Positions 23,254-55,407 of a DNA stretch of 64,000 nucleotides are shown here, one piece after another (positions within the stretch are counted from its first letter, which is position 1; the number at the start of each line of letters is the position of its first letter). A program made the translations under genes and the position numbers. The stretch spans positions 6,820,001-6,884,000 of the forward strand of contig CATNEN010000002.1 of NCBI GenBank assembly GCA_950097015.1, written 5' to 3'. The DNA comes from Macrostomum hystrix (taxonomy: Eukaryota; Animalia; Platyhelminthes). A model generated the notes under the pieces. The model was not told the DNA's origin. It made no database searches and saw only the letters and a program-made list of their open reading frames with translations.

Positions 23254-26200
23254 ATGGATCCAAATATTTTACATAAGCAATGGTTTTCTGGTCTTATACC
23301 AAAATACAGGGCTAAAAGAATAGACGATCTTCTTAAGCACAGTCATGATAGAGTTAAAGGACTTAAAGGGCTTAAAAATATGGTAAGATTTGTGTGCATC
23401 TCAGACATCCACACACCAAGCCGTATCAGAAAAGAAAGGTGAGCCGACTTAATTGTAATGATGTCTTTTGTAGGCCTAGTAATATAGCAAGCTGCGCTAA
23501 TGCGCAATAATAGGTTGTGTTGGCCACTGGTGCAGTGGTGGGCGTTATTGTCCAAGTTTGTCTTATTGCATTGCAAATTTTCAACTTATACTATCGTTGC
23601 ATAGCTTCGATTTCTATTTTAAAGTAGCTATAAAATGATAAAAATAGGTTATACTAATTTTTTTTATGTCATGAAGCCTCAATTAAGCCGCCTAAAAACC
23701 TTCAATGCCTCCTACTACAGGTTGTTTCTTCTAAACAGAACATCTATTCATATCAGCTGATTTGTGATAAATACTTCTAATTAGCTTATTAATTATAAAC
23801 AAAAAATGCTACCTATAATAGTATAAATAACTACAAGGCCATTGCTTATGCCTTTGTCTTTTAACTTGCTAAATGATCATTAATGTCATATAATTTGCAT
23901 GATACTATTTCCCATTCTTGGTTTAAACTTTGTTGTAACTAGAACTAGGCCTAGGCCTATTTTTGTTTGAAATTGTCATTCATGAGTGTAATAATTATCT
24001 AGGCCAAGTTTCTGTATCACATACTAATGCCATTTCACTTGACTTATACACATTGGACAGTATACTTCTATTAACAGTAGAACTACCAAGGGGGGATTCC
24101 CCCACTGACAATTTTTTTTGCTGCACCTGAACGGAATAATGCAAGCACACAAAACTCAAGAACATAGGCCAACTTTTTGTTGCACATCTTCTGAAACAAG
24201 AAACAAGTCACCAGCTCTTCAGACCATCGAGATATTCAATGTTTCTGGCCGAAGGTCCGATTTTTCCCATAAGAGCTAGTGTATTTAATACACCCCTATA
24301 CACTAATTTGCACTGCACCTCAGTGCGGCCTTTCCAGACTTTCAAACTTTATCAGCATGTCACCCAAATGTGCCTGCATCATCTCTGTCTTTGGTGGTCA
24401 CCTACCTTTATCTAGATGGACTGCGAGACCTTTAAATGCAAAAAAATGTGGAAATAGGCCACTCTGGACACCCTGATGCGAATTTCAAAAATTTCACTGC
24501 TGAAGCCTAAATATTAGGTGCAGCTCAACTACAGTACACCATCGCCTAGTCTGTCAACCAATCAGTCACCTTAGCTTTCAGGTTAGCTTTCAGGCGCTGC
24601 CAAAAATGTTCTCAGGAGGGAATTCCCCCCCCTTGGTATAAAAACGGATGGCAAAATGGCTTGGAAGTCCTACTGTTAACAGTTGATAGACCTATTGGAT
24701 ATTTTTAATACCTCTTATTTATGTATTTTCTATACCTTCCAAAATATTCAATCAATGCTATGACAACTTAGCGATCAATGTGGCTATTATTGTTAATTAG
24801 ATTGTATTGGTTTTATTGTCATTTTATACTATTGAACCAACATGCATTTGCCATAGAGGTTTATACAGAGCTATGTAAATTGTCATTTGAGCCAGTGTCT
24901 TTGAAAAGAATTTCTGAATATTTTGATGATGCAGAAATTGTTTATGTCGGCTGGCTTTGAAAGTTAGTTAAGGGTAGACTATTTTGATCTACCTTAGGTA
25001 TATGGTGGACTTTTGTGAAATTCAGTCATTTGGTTAGGTAGATATATAATTAACTATATAATGGATACTTAAATAACCTGTAGTCTTTCCTCAGGGGCAA
25101 AATAGCATAGTCTTTCAACTATTAACCAAGTCAGTATACTATGACACTTTCTTAGTAATTGTGGTATGAAATAGAATTTATAGTTACTCGTCCTGTTTAC
25201 CCTAAGATGTTGATTATTTGATTTTTCCGTATAAACTTTGTAGACTGACCTGGGAGTTTCCACCTGGCGATGTACTCTTGGTGGCTGGCGACCTAACCCT
25301 GCATGGATCCAAACGGGAGGTGGAGTCAGTAGCCAACTGGCTTAGTGAAACTCCCTACTCACAGAGAGTTGTCATTGCTGGCAATCACGACTTCTGCTTG
25401 GATCCAGACGATGATGACTACTCACCTGAGACTGAGGCATCACTGAGGCAGCAGTGCACCTACCTCAGGAACTCCAGCGCACTGCTGTTTGACAGCATTA
25501 GGGTCTATGGATCTCCGGTGACTCCCGAGTTTCACAGCATGGCATTCAATTTGCCAAGAGGGGATCGGATCAATGAGGTCAGCTATGCGGCTGCTTCAGG
25601 GGGGATTTCTGGTAGCCAGTTTTTATTGGCAATTAAATCCACCTTAATACAGGCTGTCTAGATAATCCCCTAAATACAGATTCTCTAGATAATCCCCTAA
25701 ATACAGATTAATCTGGATAATCCCCTAAATTCAGGTTCTCTAGATAATCCCCTAAATACAGGTTCTCTAGATAATCCCCTAAATACTTGTTGTCTAGATA
25801 ATCCCCTAAATACAGGTTCTCTAGATAATCCCCTAAACACAGGCACCTCTAGATAATCCCCGAAATACAGGTTCTCTAGATAATCCCCTAAATACAGGTT
25901 CTCTAGATAATCCCCTAAACACAGGCACCTCTAGATAATCCCCGAAATACAGGTTCTCTAGATAATCCCCTAAATTCAGGTTCTCTAGATAATCCCCTAA
26001 ATACAGATTCTCTAGATAATCCCCTAAATACAGATTAATCTGGATAATCCCCTAAATTCAGGTTCTCTAGATAATCCCCTAAATACAGGTTCTCTAGATA
26101 ATCCCCTAAATACTTGTTGTCTAGATAATCCCCTAAATACAGGTTCTCTAGATAATCCCCTAAACACAGGCACCTCTAGATAATCCCCGAAATACAGGTT

Positions 26201-27092
26201 CTCTAGATAATCCCCTAAATACAGGTTCTCTAGATAATCCCCTAAACACAGGCACCTCTAGATAATCCCCGAAATACAGGTTCTCTAGATAATCCCCTAA
26301 ATTCAGGTTCTCTAGATAATCCCCTAAATACAGATTCTCTAGATAATCCCCTAAATACAGATTAATCTGGATAATCCCCTAAATTCAGGTTCTCTAGATA
26401 ATCCCCTAAATACAGGTTCTCTAGATAATCCCCTAAATACTTGTTGTCTAGATAATCCCCTAAATACAGGTTCTCTAGATAATCCCCTAAACACAGGCAC
26501 CTCTAGATAATCCCCGAAATACAGGTTCTCTAGATAATCCCCTAAATACAGGTTCTCTAGATAATCCCCTAAATACTTGTTGTCTAGATAATCCCCTAAA
26601 TACAGGTTCTCTAGATAATCCCCTAAACACAGGCACCTCTAGATAATCCCCTAAATACAGGTTCTCTAGATAATCCCCTAAATGCAGGTTCTCTAGATAA
26701 TCCCCTAAATACAGTCTCTCTCGAATCCCCTAAATGCCTGCTTTCACACTGAAAGACATCAATGAATTTCCCAACAGGTGTGGTCTTCCATCCCTGACGA
26801 AACAGACATCCTGCTGACCCACGGGCCGCCCCTAGGCCACGGCGATCTGGTTCACAATGGCGTGCGAGCGGGCTGCGCCGATCTGCTCCGATGCGTCGAG
26901 GACCGGGTCAAACCCGCCTTCCACGTCTTCGGCCACATTCACGAGGGCTACGGTGTCACTAGCAACGGTCCAACAACCTTTGTGAATGCCGCCACCTGCA
27001 ATCTGCGCTATTTCTTAGAAAATCAACCGCTGCAGTTTGATTTCCCGCTTGTCTCGGCTAAATCTGCTGCTGTTACAGCCACGAAACAATGA
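23254..27092 (+). CDS. MPPED1: Metallophosphoesterase domain-containing protein (MPPED1/2 family), 277 aa
   Basis: Exons 23254-23438, 25244-25577, 26778-27092 in frame. Motifs VRFVCISDIH, LLVAGD, VIAGNHD, LLTHGPP, HVFGHIHEGYG, FVNAA. The symbol is family-level only. Confidence 0.9.
24075..24675. mobile_element. 601-bp TTAA-flanked MITE, copy 2
   Basis: TTAA|CAGTAGAACTACCAAG ... CTTGGAAGTCCTACTG|TTAA; inverted homolog of 15825-16425. Confidence 0.88.
25660..26735. repeat. 27-bp intronic satellite with a 327-bp higher-order repeat
   Basis: Unit AAATACAGGTTCTCTAGATAATCCCCT; the diagnostic variant ATCTGG recurs at 25711, 26038 and 26365. Confidence 0.93.
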
Positions 27093-27264
27093 AATGTCCG
27101 CACAATAGGGCCATGTCTTGTACCTTTGTTTCAGATTTTGTCGTTTAAGATTATAAATTATTATTACTCTTGTCTAGATGATTATGTCTTGTCTAGATAA
27201 ATGATTATTACTTAATAGATTATTACTCCATCGAATACTTTTTCGATGGTCGACCAACTCTCTT

Positions 27265-28320
27265 GAAGCGTCACTCCCTGACAGTTTAGTGTCCTGAAGC
27301 GTCACTCCCTGACAGTTTAGTGTCCTGAAGCGTCACTCCCTGACAGTTTAGTGTCCTGAAGCGTCACTCCCTGACAGTTTAGTGTCCTGAAGCGTCACTC
27401 CCTGACAGTTTAGTGTCCTGAAGCGTCACTCCCTGACAGTTTAGTGTCCTGAAGCGTCACTCCCTGACAGTTTAGTGTCCTGAAGCGTCACTCCCTGACA
27501 GTTTAGTGTCCTGAAGCGTCACTCCCTGACAGTTTAGTGTCCTGAAGCGTCACTCCCTGAAAGTTCAGTGTCCTGAAGCGTCACTCCCTGAAAGTTTAGT
27601 GTCCTGAAGCGTCACTCCCTGATAGTTTAGTGTCCTGAAGCGTCACTCCCTGACAGTTTAGTGTCCTGAAGCGTAACTCCGTGAAAGTTCATTGTCCTGA
27701 AGCGTCACTCCCTGACAGTTTAGTGTCCTGAAGCGTAACTCCGTGAAAGTTCATTGTCCTGAAGCGTCACTCCCTGAAAGTTTAGTGTCCTGAAGCGTCA
27801 CTCCCTGACAGTTTAGTGTCCTGAAGCGTCACTCCCTGACAGTTTAGTGTCCTGAAGCGTAACTCCGTGAAAGTTCATTGTCCTGAAGCGTCACTCCCTG
27901 AAAGTTCAGTGTCCTGAAGCGTCACTCCCTGAAAGTTCAGTGTCCTGAAGCGTCACTCCCTGACAGTTCAGTGTCCTGAAGCGTCACTCCCTGACAGTTT
28001 AGTGTCCTGAAGCGTCACTCCCTGACAGTTTAGTGTCCTGAAGCGTCACTCCCTGACAGTTTAGTGTCCTGAAGCGTCACTCCGTGAAAGTTCATTGTCC
28101 TGAAGCGTCACTCCCTGAAAGTTCAGTGTCCTGAAGCGTCACTCCCTGAAAGTTCAGTGTCCTGAAGCATCACTCCCTGAAAGTTCATTGTCCTGAAGCG
28201 TCACTCCCTGAAAGTTCATTGTCCTGAAGCGTCACTCCCTGAAAGTTCATAGTCCTGAAGCGTCACTCCCTGAAAGTTCATTGTCCTGAAGCGTCACTCC
28301 CTGAAAGTTCAGTGTCCTGA
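27265..28320. repeat. 31-bp tandem array (GAAGCGTCACTCCCTGACAGTTTAGTGTCCT)n
   Basis: Direct repeats downstream of the MPPED stop. Confidence 0.96.
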
Positions 28321-28599
28321 CTCCTGAAGCGTCAGACGTGCTATGATTATCCACTTTAGTTTATTTTGTTATCTAGGAAAATTCCTGTTACGTCATCGTG
28401 TCTCTAAATCTTTCTAGATTTTATTTACTGTTTTTACTTCAAGAAAAATCTAGTTTTTCAGTTTTTTTATTTTTTCGGCACTTATTTTGCTTAATATAAT
28501 TTATTCAGTTTTTTCCTAATTTTAGTTATTTGAATTGTGATAAAATGAATGAATCAATGAGTGAGGGTTTATTATTTTAGTAAATACTTGAGTAGTTAA

Positions 28600-28920
28600 T
28601 AAATAATAATTGCTGGAGGGCTGTGGGATATGGCACAACATTGGTGACTCTAGACCTGCAGCCAGTAAGGAGGCAGTTCTGCCCATATCGCTGACTCCTG
28701 AGCACACACGCACACAGATACTGTGCGCAGGCACACGCTCACACAGGTGTGTACATCTGCCCTGACTCTCATCGTCAGGCAGTGTACACTCTCACTGTGC
28801 CTTGGAGGTTGGCCCTAAAGGTGGTAAATTGCACGACAAGCCCCCAAGCCTTCTCTCCGCGACTGCGCCCTATTTGAATGTGGCCTCGTCCGCGAGCTCA
28901 GGGACCTTGGTGTGAAAGCC
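28600..28920 (-). mobile_element. tRNA-derived SINE family A copy
   Basis: Reverse-complement match to 62982-63350, including the body hairpin and AAT-rich tail. Confidence 0.8.
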
Positions 28921-29537
28921 ATCGGTTTTGAGGTTTCTATCCAGACTGTAAATGAAGTTTTGTGCTGACCGTTGAATGAAAATGTCATTAGTGAGCCTGT
29001 TCGGCCTACTCACAATGTCAAAGCAGTAGTCTGTGGCGTGTTTTGATTATTATATTTAGATTTTACGTATTCAAAACTGATTGACATCTTGATGTTAGAA
29101 AAAAAGTAGCAGTAACTCACAGGTGCAAGACATTCACTGATAACACTGCCAAACAATCAGATTTTTAGAACTAAAAATTTGATAATTTCATATGTACAAA
29201 TGTGTTTACAAACAAAAGTAAAAGTACAATGATATGTGAACTTTTAAAAGATAGTTTCTAATACACGATTGATACGTGATACGATATATGGTATGCAATA
29301 AACAATACCAGGTATTTATTTCACACAATACACATTGCTATAGTGATACGGGCATGACAGAATGCTAATAAAAAGAACGATTTAGTTAAATGCCTGAACA
29401 GAGTTACACGCAAATGAAAAGAATTCAGAATAAAAGGAACAGAATAGTTTTAACAAATTCAATCGGTAATACTTTGTTAGCCTCGTAATTTTTATAAAGT
29501 GAAGTCGGACACGCAAAATATAGTAGTTTTCTGCTTC

Positions 29538-29766
29538 GTTTCCATGGTTACACCAGCCGTTTAAATAACCATTGAAGTTAAAACGAACCGTTGTCATAGC
29601 AACAGTGCTATTCTTGGTGCCAAAGTATTCATGATTACGGACGTTTCATTCATGCATTCAATAGGTTGCTATGGGAACGAGGTGGAGCTTAAGAACTCCA
29701 AGTAAACACGCAATAATCGATCTAGCATATCAGGTTGCGCTTCTGATGGTAAGTTGTCATGGCAAC
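29538..29766. promoter_or_regulatory. Cluster of four RFX X-box motifs
   Basis: GTTTCCATGGTTAC 29538-29551, GTTGTCATAGCAAC 29590-29603, GTTGCTATGGGAAC 29665-29678 and GTTGTCATGGCAAC 29753-29766 all resemble the X-box consensus GTHNYY-AT-RRNAAC (the first with one mismatch). Confidence 0.75.
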
Positions 29767-29817
29767 CTGTAAGCAAAGCTGTCAACGTAGCTAAGAACAA
29801 TTAACAGTTGTCCTTGG

Positions 29818-49955
<20,138 letters not shown>

Positions 49956-50404
49956 GCCTATAACTGGCGACGTTGGCAACGCTCACAATGTCTTTTAAGC
50001 AAGTTTGTGTTTCGATTCTGTCGAATTCTTTGGAACTAACTTCAGTCTGTCTGTCTGTGAGTCTCCAGTGTGAGTCTCCAGTGTGAGTCTCGCTTTGCCT
50101 AAACATTCAGTCTTGAGCTCACAGATGGATTGCAGGATCGGACGGGCCAAGGTCCAATCGCAGCGGCACTGCTGATCAGTGAAGCCGCCCTGCGGGATTG
50201 GCTGGGCCGATTTGCTCAGCTCAACTACGATAGTGGATTGAGCAGTTTGAGAACAGATGAGTAGGTTTGAGCACTGCCCTTGGTCTACTAATATACTAAT
50301 ATCTTTTTGGCGTCGTTTATTATTGCCTTATATGGATGGACATAGCTCTGTGGCTAGTTGCAACAACAGAGAAATAAGTGCAAAAGAATACGGGAAAAAG
50401 ACAT

Positions 50405-52187
50405 GAGGTAGAGAGAGGAAGAAGGAGAGAGAAGGAGAAGGAGAGAGAGGGAGAAGAGAGAGAGGGAGAAGAGAGAGAGGGAGAAGGAGAGAGAGGGAGA
50501 AGGAGAGAGAGGGAGAAGGAGAGAGAGGGAGAAGAGAGAGAGGGAGAAGAGAGAGAGGGAGAAGGAGAGAGGGAGAAGGAGAGAGAGGGAGATTTAGAGA
50601 GAGTGAGAAGGAGAGAGAGGGTGAAGGAGAGAGAGGGTGAAGGAGAGAGAGGGAGATGTAGAGAGAGTGAGAAGGAGAGAGAGGGAGAAGGAGAGAGAGG
50701 GTGAAGGAGAGAGAGCGTGAAGGAGAGAGAGGGAGAAGGAGAGAGAGTGAGAAGGAGAGAGAGGGAGAAGGAGAGAGAGGGAGAAGGAGAGAGAGGGAGA
50801 AGGAGAGAGAGGGAGAAGAGAGAGAGGGAGAAGAGAGAGAGGGAGAAGGAGAGAGAGTGAGAAGGAGAGAGAGGGAGAAGGAGAGAGAGGGTGAAGGAGA
50901 GAGAGGGAGAAGGAGAGAGAGGGTGAAGGAGAGAGAGTCAGAAGGAGAGAGAGGGAGAAGGAGAGAGAGGGAGAAGGAGAGAGAGGGAGAAGGAGAGAGA
51001 GTCAGAAGGAGAGAGAGGGAGAAGGAGAGAGAGGGAGAAGGAGAGAGAGGGAGAAGGAGAGAGAGGGAGAAGGAGAGAGAGGGAGAAGGAGAGAGAGTCA
51101 GAAGGAGAGAGAGGGTGAAGGAGAGAGAGTCAGAAGGAGAGAGAGGGGGATGTAGAGAGAGTGAGAAGGAGAGAGAGGGAGAAGGAGAGAGAGGGTGAAG
51201 GAGAGAGAGTGAGAAGGAGAGAGAGGGAGAAGGAGAGAGAGGGAGAAGGAGAGAGAGGGAGAAGGAGAGAGAGGGAGAAGAGAGAGAGGGAGAAGAGAGA
51301 GAGGGAGAAGGAGAGAGAGTGAGAAGGAGAGAGAGGGAGAAGGAGAGAGAGGGAGAAGAGAGAGAGGGAGAAGAGAGAGAGGGAGAAGGAGAGAGAGTGA
51401 GAAGGAGAGAGAGGGAGAAGGAGAGAGAGGGTGAAGGAGAGAGAGGGAGAAGGAGAGAGAGGGAGAAGGAGAGAGAGGGAGAAGGAGAGAGAGGGAGAAG
51501 GAGAGAGAGGGAGATGTAGAGAGAGTGAGAAGGAGAGAGAGGGAGAAGGAGAGAGAGGGAGAAGGAGAGAGAGGGAGAAGAGAGAGAGGGAGAAGGAGAG
51601 AGAGGGAGATTTAGAGAGAGTGAGAAGGAGAGAGAGGGTGAAGGAGAGAGAGGTAGAAGGAGAGAGAGGGAGAAGGAGACAGAGGGAGAAGGAGAGAGAG
51701 GGAGAAGGAGAGAGAGGGTGAAGGAGAGAGAGACAGAAGGAGAGAGAGGGAGAAGGAGACAGAGGGAGAAGGAGAGAGAGGGAGAAGGAGAGAGTGAGAA
51801 GGAGAGAGAGGGTGAAGGAGAGAGAGGGTGAAGGAGAGAGAGGGAGAAGGAGAGAGAGTGAGAAGGAGAGAGAGGGTGAAGGAGAGAGAGGGTGAAGGAG
51901 AGAGAGGGAGAAGGAGAGAGAGGAAGAAGGAGAGAGAGGGAGAAGGAGAGAGAGGGAGAAGGAGACAGAGGGAGAAGGAGAGAGAGGGAGAAGGAGAGAG
52001 AGGGTGAAGGAGAGAGAGGGAGAAGGAGACAGAGGGAGAAGGAGAGAGAGGGAGAAGGAGAGAGAGGGTGAAGGAGAGAGAGTCAGAAGGAGAGAGAGAG
52101 TCAGAAGGAGAGAGAGTGAGAAGGAGAGAGAGGGTGAAGGAGAGAGAGGGAGAAGGAGAGAGAGGGTGAAGGAGAGAGAGGGAGAAG
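50405..52187. repeat. 1.8-kb GA-rich polypurine repeat (about 18-bp GAGAGAGGGAGAAGGAGA)
   Basis: Direct reading. Confidence 0.96.
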
Positions 52188-53149
52188 GATGTGTATCTAG
52201 AAAGATTTTCATTGCAGCATGAAACATTTAAGAATTTTTTACACAAACTTGGGAGCCAATCGCTAACGAACACAAGGCGCTGCCTTACCAAGAAAAGCAT
52301 CAATTTCAGTTGCCATTAATTTGCAAATCTTGTAGACATTTTTTACCCACCTCCTCAGTTGAGTGGTTGGCAAAAAATTGGCATTTTGTGCTGACAAAAA
52401 GTGGCTGCATCTCTGGTTAGCAGGGCAGTGAACTATAAACAGCCAGCCTTGCTCATCCGGTACCAACTACCGCAGCTGCAGTCGGCGGCAAACAACAAAG
52501 ACAAGTTTGGAAGGCGCGCAGACCTACTACAAGCAGAGAGAGAGAGAGACAGAGTGAAATGACTCCTACGCCACACACAATGAGTAGCTCCGTCTTAAGC
52601 CGCATTCTCAACTTCATCGCCAGCGAGAGAAGGAGCAGCAGAATAGGAAAAAGTCATCAACGGGTTTTTGTTGCAAACTGGGAGAGCAGGCAAAGTGGCC
52701 ACCAAAGCTAGTTGGGGAAAAAAGTGAAGCAAAAACAAGGGAGAAATGGGAGTGAAGGGAGGGAAAAATGGGCTGCAGCCAAGCCAATTCAGAAGGTAAT
52801 GAGACTGGCAATGAGGGGCGTGGGCCCGGGTCTGCGGTCTCAACGCTTTTTTGTGCCCGGAGTTCGCCCGAGAAAACTATTCTCAATTTCTTTTTTTTCT
52901 TCTTCAGATGCCAGAATACGTGAAGTCAGGGCGATAGTTTACATTGGCAACCACTTCTGGGAGTTCAGTGTTAATCGGTGGTGAGTGGACACCCCCGGAT
53001 GCGGAATGTGGAATCCGGAGCTTTGAGATTGGAAAATTTGACGAAAATTCTTAAAATGACGAATGGGTTTTTAAGTCAAGGAGTTTCTATATTTTATTGC
53101 AATTGCGAAATTATGAGTATTGCTGTGGGATTCGGATAAAGGCTTAGAA

Positions 53150-54212
53150 ATTCCGAGGAAGGTTTTAGAATTCAGGTGGAAGGTTTTAGAATTCGGGTGG
53201 AACGTTTTAGAATTCGGGTGGAACGTTTTAGAATTCAGGTGGAACGTTTTAGAATTCGGGTGGAAGGTTTTAGAATTCGGGTGGAAGGTTTTAGAATTCG
53301 GGTGGAAGGTTTTAGAATTCGGGTGGAAGGTTTTAGAATTCGGGTGGAAGGTTTTAGAATTCGGGTGGAAGGTTTTAGAATTCGGGTGGAAGGTTTTAGA
53401 ATTCGGGTGGAAGGTTTTAGAATTCGGGTGGAAGGTATTAGAATTCGGAAGAAGGTTTAGAATTCCGAGGAAGGTTTTGAATTCGGATGGAAGGTTTTAG
53501 AATTCGGATGGAAGGTTTTAGAATTCGGAAGAAGGTTTTAGAATTCGGGTGGAAGGTTTTAGAATTCTGGTGGAAGGTTTTAGAATTCGGAAGAAGGTTT
53601 ATAATTCCGAGGAAGGTTTTGAATTCGGATGGAAGGTTTTAGAATTCGGGTGGAAGGTTTTAGAATTCGGGTGGAAGGTTTTAGAATTCTGGTGGAAGGT
53701 TTTAGAATTCGGAGGCAGGTTTTAGAATTCGGAGGAAGGTTTTGAATTCGGAGGAAGGTTTTGAATTCGGAGGAAGGTTTTAGAATTCCGAGGAAGGTTT
53801 TAAATTCGGATGGAAGGTTTTAGAATTCGGGTGGAAGGTTTTAGAATTCTGGAGGAAGGTTTTAGAATTCTGGAGGAAGGTTTTAGAATTCTGGTGGAAG
53901 GTTTTAGAATTCGGAGGAAGGTTTTGAATTCGGAGGAAGGTTTTGGAATTAGGAAGAAGGTTTAGAATTCCGAGGAAGGTTTTGAATTCGGGTGGAAGGT
54001 TTTAGAATTCGGGTGGAAGGTTTTAGAATTCGGGTGGAAGGTTTCATAATTCGGAGGCAGGTTTTAGAATTCGGAGGCAGGTTTCATAATTCGGAGGCAG
54101 GTTTTAGAATTCGGAGGAAGGTTTTAGAATTCGGAGGAAGGTTTTAGAATTCGGAGGAAGGTTTTAGAATTCGGAGGAAGGTTTTAGAATTCGGAGGAAG
54201 GTTTTGAATTTA
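53150..54212. repeat. 21-bp tandem array (GAATTCGGGTGGAAGGTTTTA)n
   Basis: Direct repeats. Confidence 0.96.
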
Positions 54213-54849
54213 GGAATGGGCTACGAGTTGTAGTTCAACTGTTAAATCGGATCATGCTAACGAAGCGCAATAAAAGTAAAAAAGGTCTCATTGACATTGA
54301 TTGAGGATCGCATCATGTGATATCCCAAGTCTTACAGTCAGCAGCTTGGCAACAAGAAGCGGGCTTCCCATATTCGGGAAGCGAACAGGCGGTTCGAATC
54401 AATTCGCGTGGGCGGATCAGTCTGCCTTTGTTCCCACAGAATCTGCTCGATCCCAGGCTGGGCAGTTGTGTTGAATCCCCTCTGTAGTAAAAATATAAAC
54501 GATTTACTAGGCAGCGAATCTAGGGGCATTGTGACTGCTTTCGGCTGTTTAAGGAAAAAAGAAAATAAAAGTAGTTTCTCGAATTCATCGACAAGGACCA
54601 GCGGAATCCGTCAACTTTGGCAAGCTTCGAATTGCTGTACAAAAAATTGATATGCCAAAATCATTGTAATATTTCCCTTCTAAATTTAAAATACGCGAAT
54701 GTGGAAGTTCGGTTTAAAACAACTGATAATTAGTAAGTAAAAGTAAATCAACTTTGGCTGACGGTAATTTCAAAATAAGAAGAATGGCAATGTAAAAAGA
54801 AAGCCGAATTTAGAATGAGCCCGCAAATTTTGTGTAGAGGAAGGATTTT

Positions 54850-55370
54850 GGAGAGAAAAGAGCAGATTGTAGGGAGAAGAGAGAGGATTGTAGGGAGAAG
54901 AGAGCAGATTGTAGGTAGAAGAGGGCAGATTGTAGGTAGAAGAGAGCAGATTGTGGGGAGAAGAGAGCAGATTGTAGGGAGAAGAGAGCAGATTGTAGGG
55001 AGAAGAGAGCAGATTGTAGGGAGAAAAGAGCAGATTGTAGGGAGAAGAGAACATATTGTAGGGAGAAGAGAACATATTGTAGGGAGAAGAGAGCAGATTG
55101 TAGGGAGAAGAGAGCAGATTGTAGGGAGAAGAGAGCGGATTGTGGGGAGAAGAGAGCAGATTGTGGGGAGAAGAGAGCAGATTGTAGGGAGAAAATAGCA
55201 GATTGTAGGGAGAAGAGAGCAGATTGTAGGGAAGAAGAGAGCAGATTGTAGGGAAGAAGAGAGCAGATTGTAGGGAGAAGAGAGCAGATTGTAGGGAGAA
55301 GAGAGCAGATTGTAGGGAGAAGAGAGCGGATCGTGGTGAGAGGAGAGCGGAAAGTGGGGAGAAGAGAGCG
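54850..55370. repeat. 21-bp array (AGAGCAGATTGTAGGGAGAAG)n just downstream of the EGF-gene stop
   Basis: Direct repeats. Confidence 0.95.
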
Positions 55371-55407
55371 CAGGATTCTGTAAAGGTCACGATTCGCTGG
55401 GACATTG

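Noticed and set aside
27265-28320. 31-bp repeats resembling a CRISPR array
   Set aside because: The repeats are head-to-tail with no unique spacers, there are no cas genes, and the context is eukaryotic. The same applies to the 32-bp array at 36770-38445.
50378-52303. Arg/Glu-rich and Ser/Leu-rich ORFs
   Set aside because: They are translations of a GA/TC low-complexity tract.
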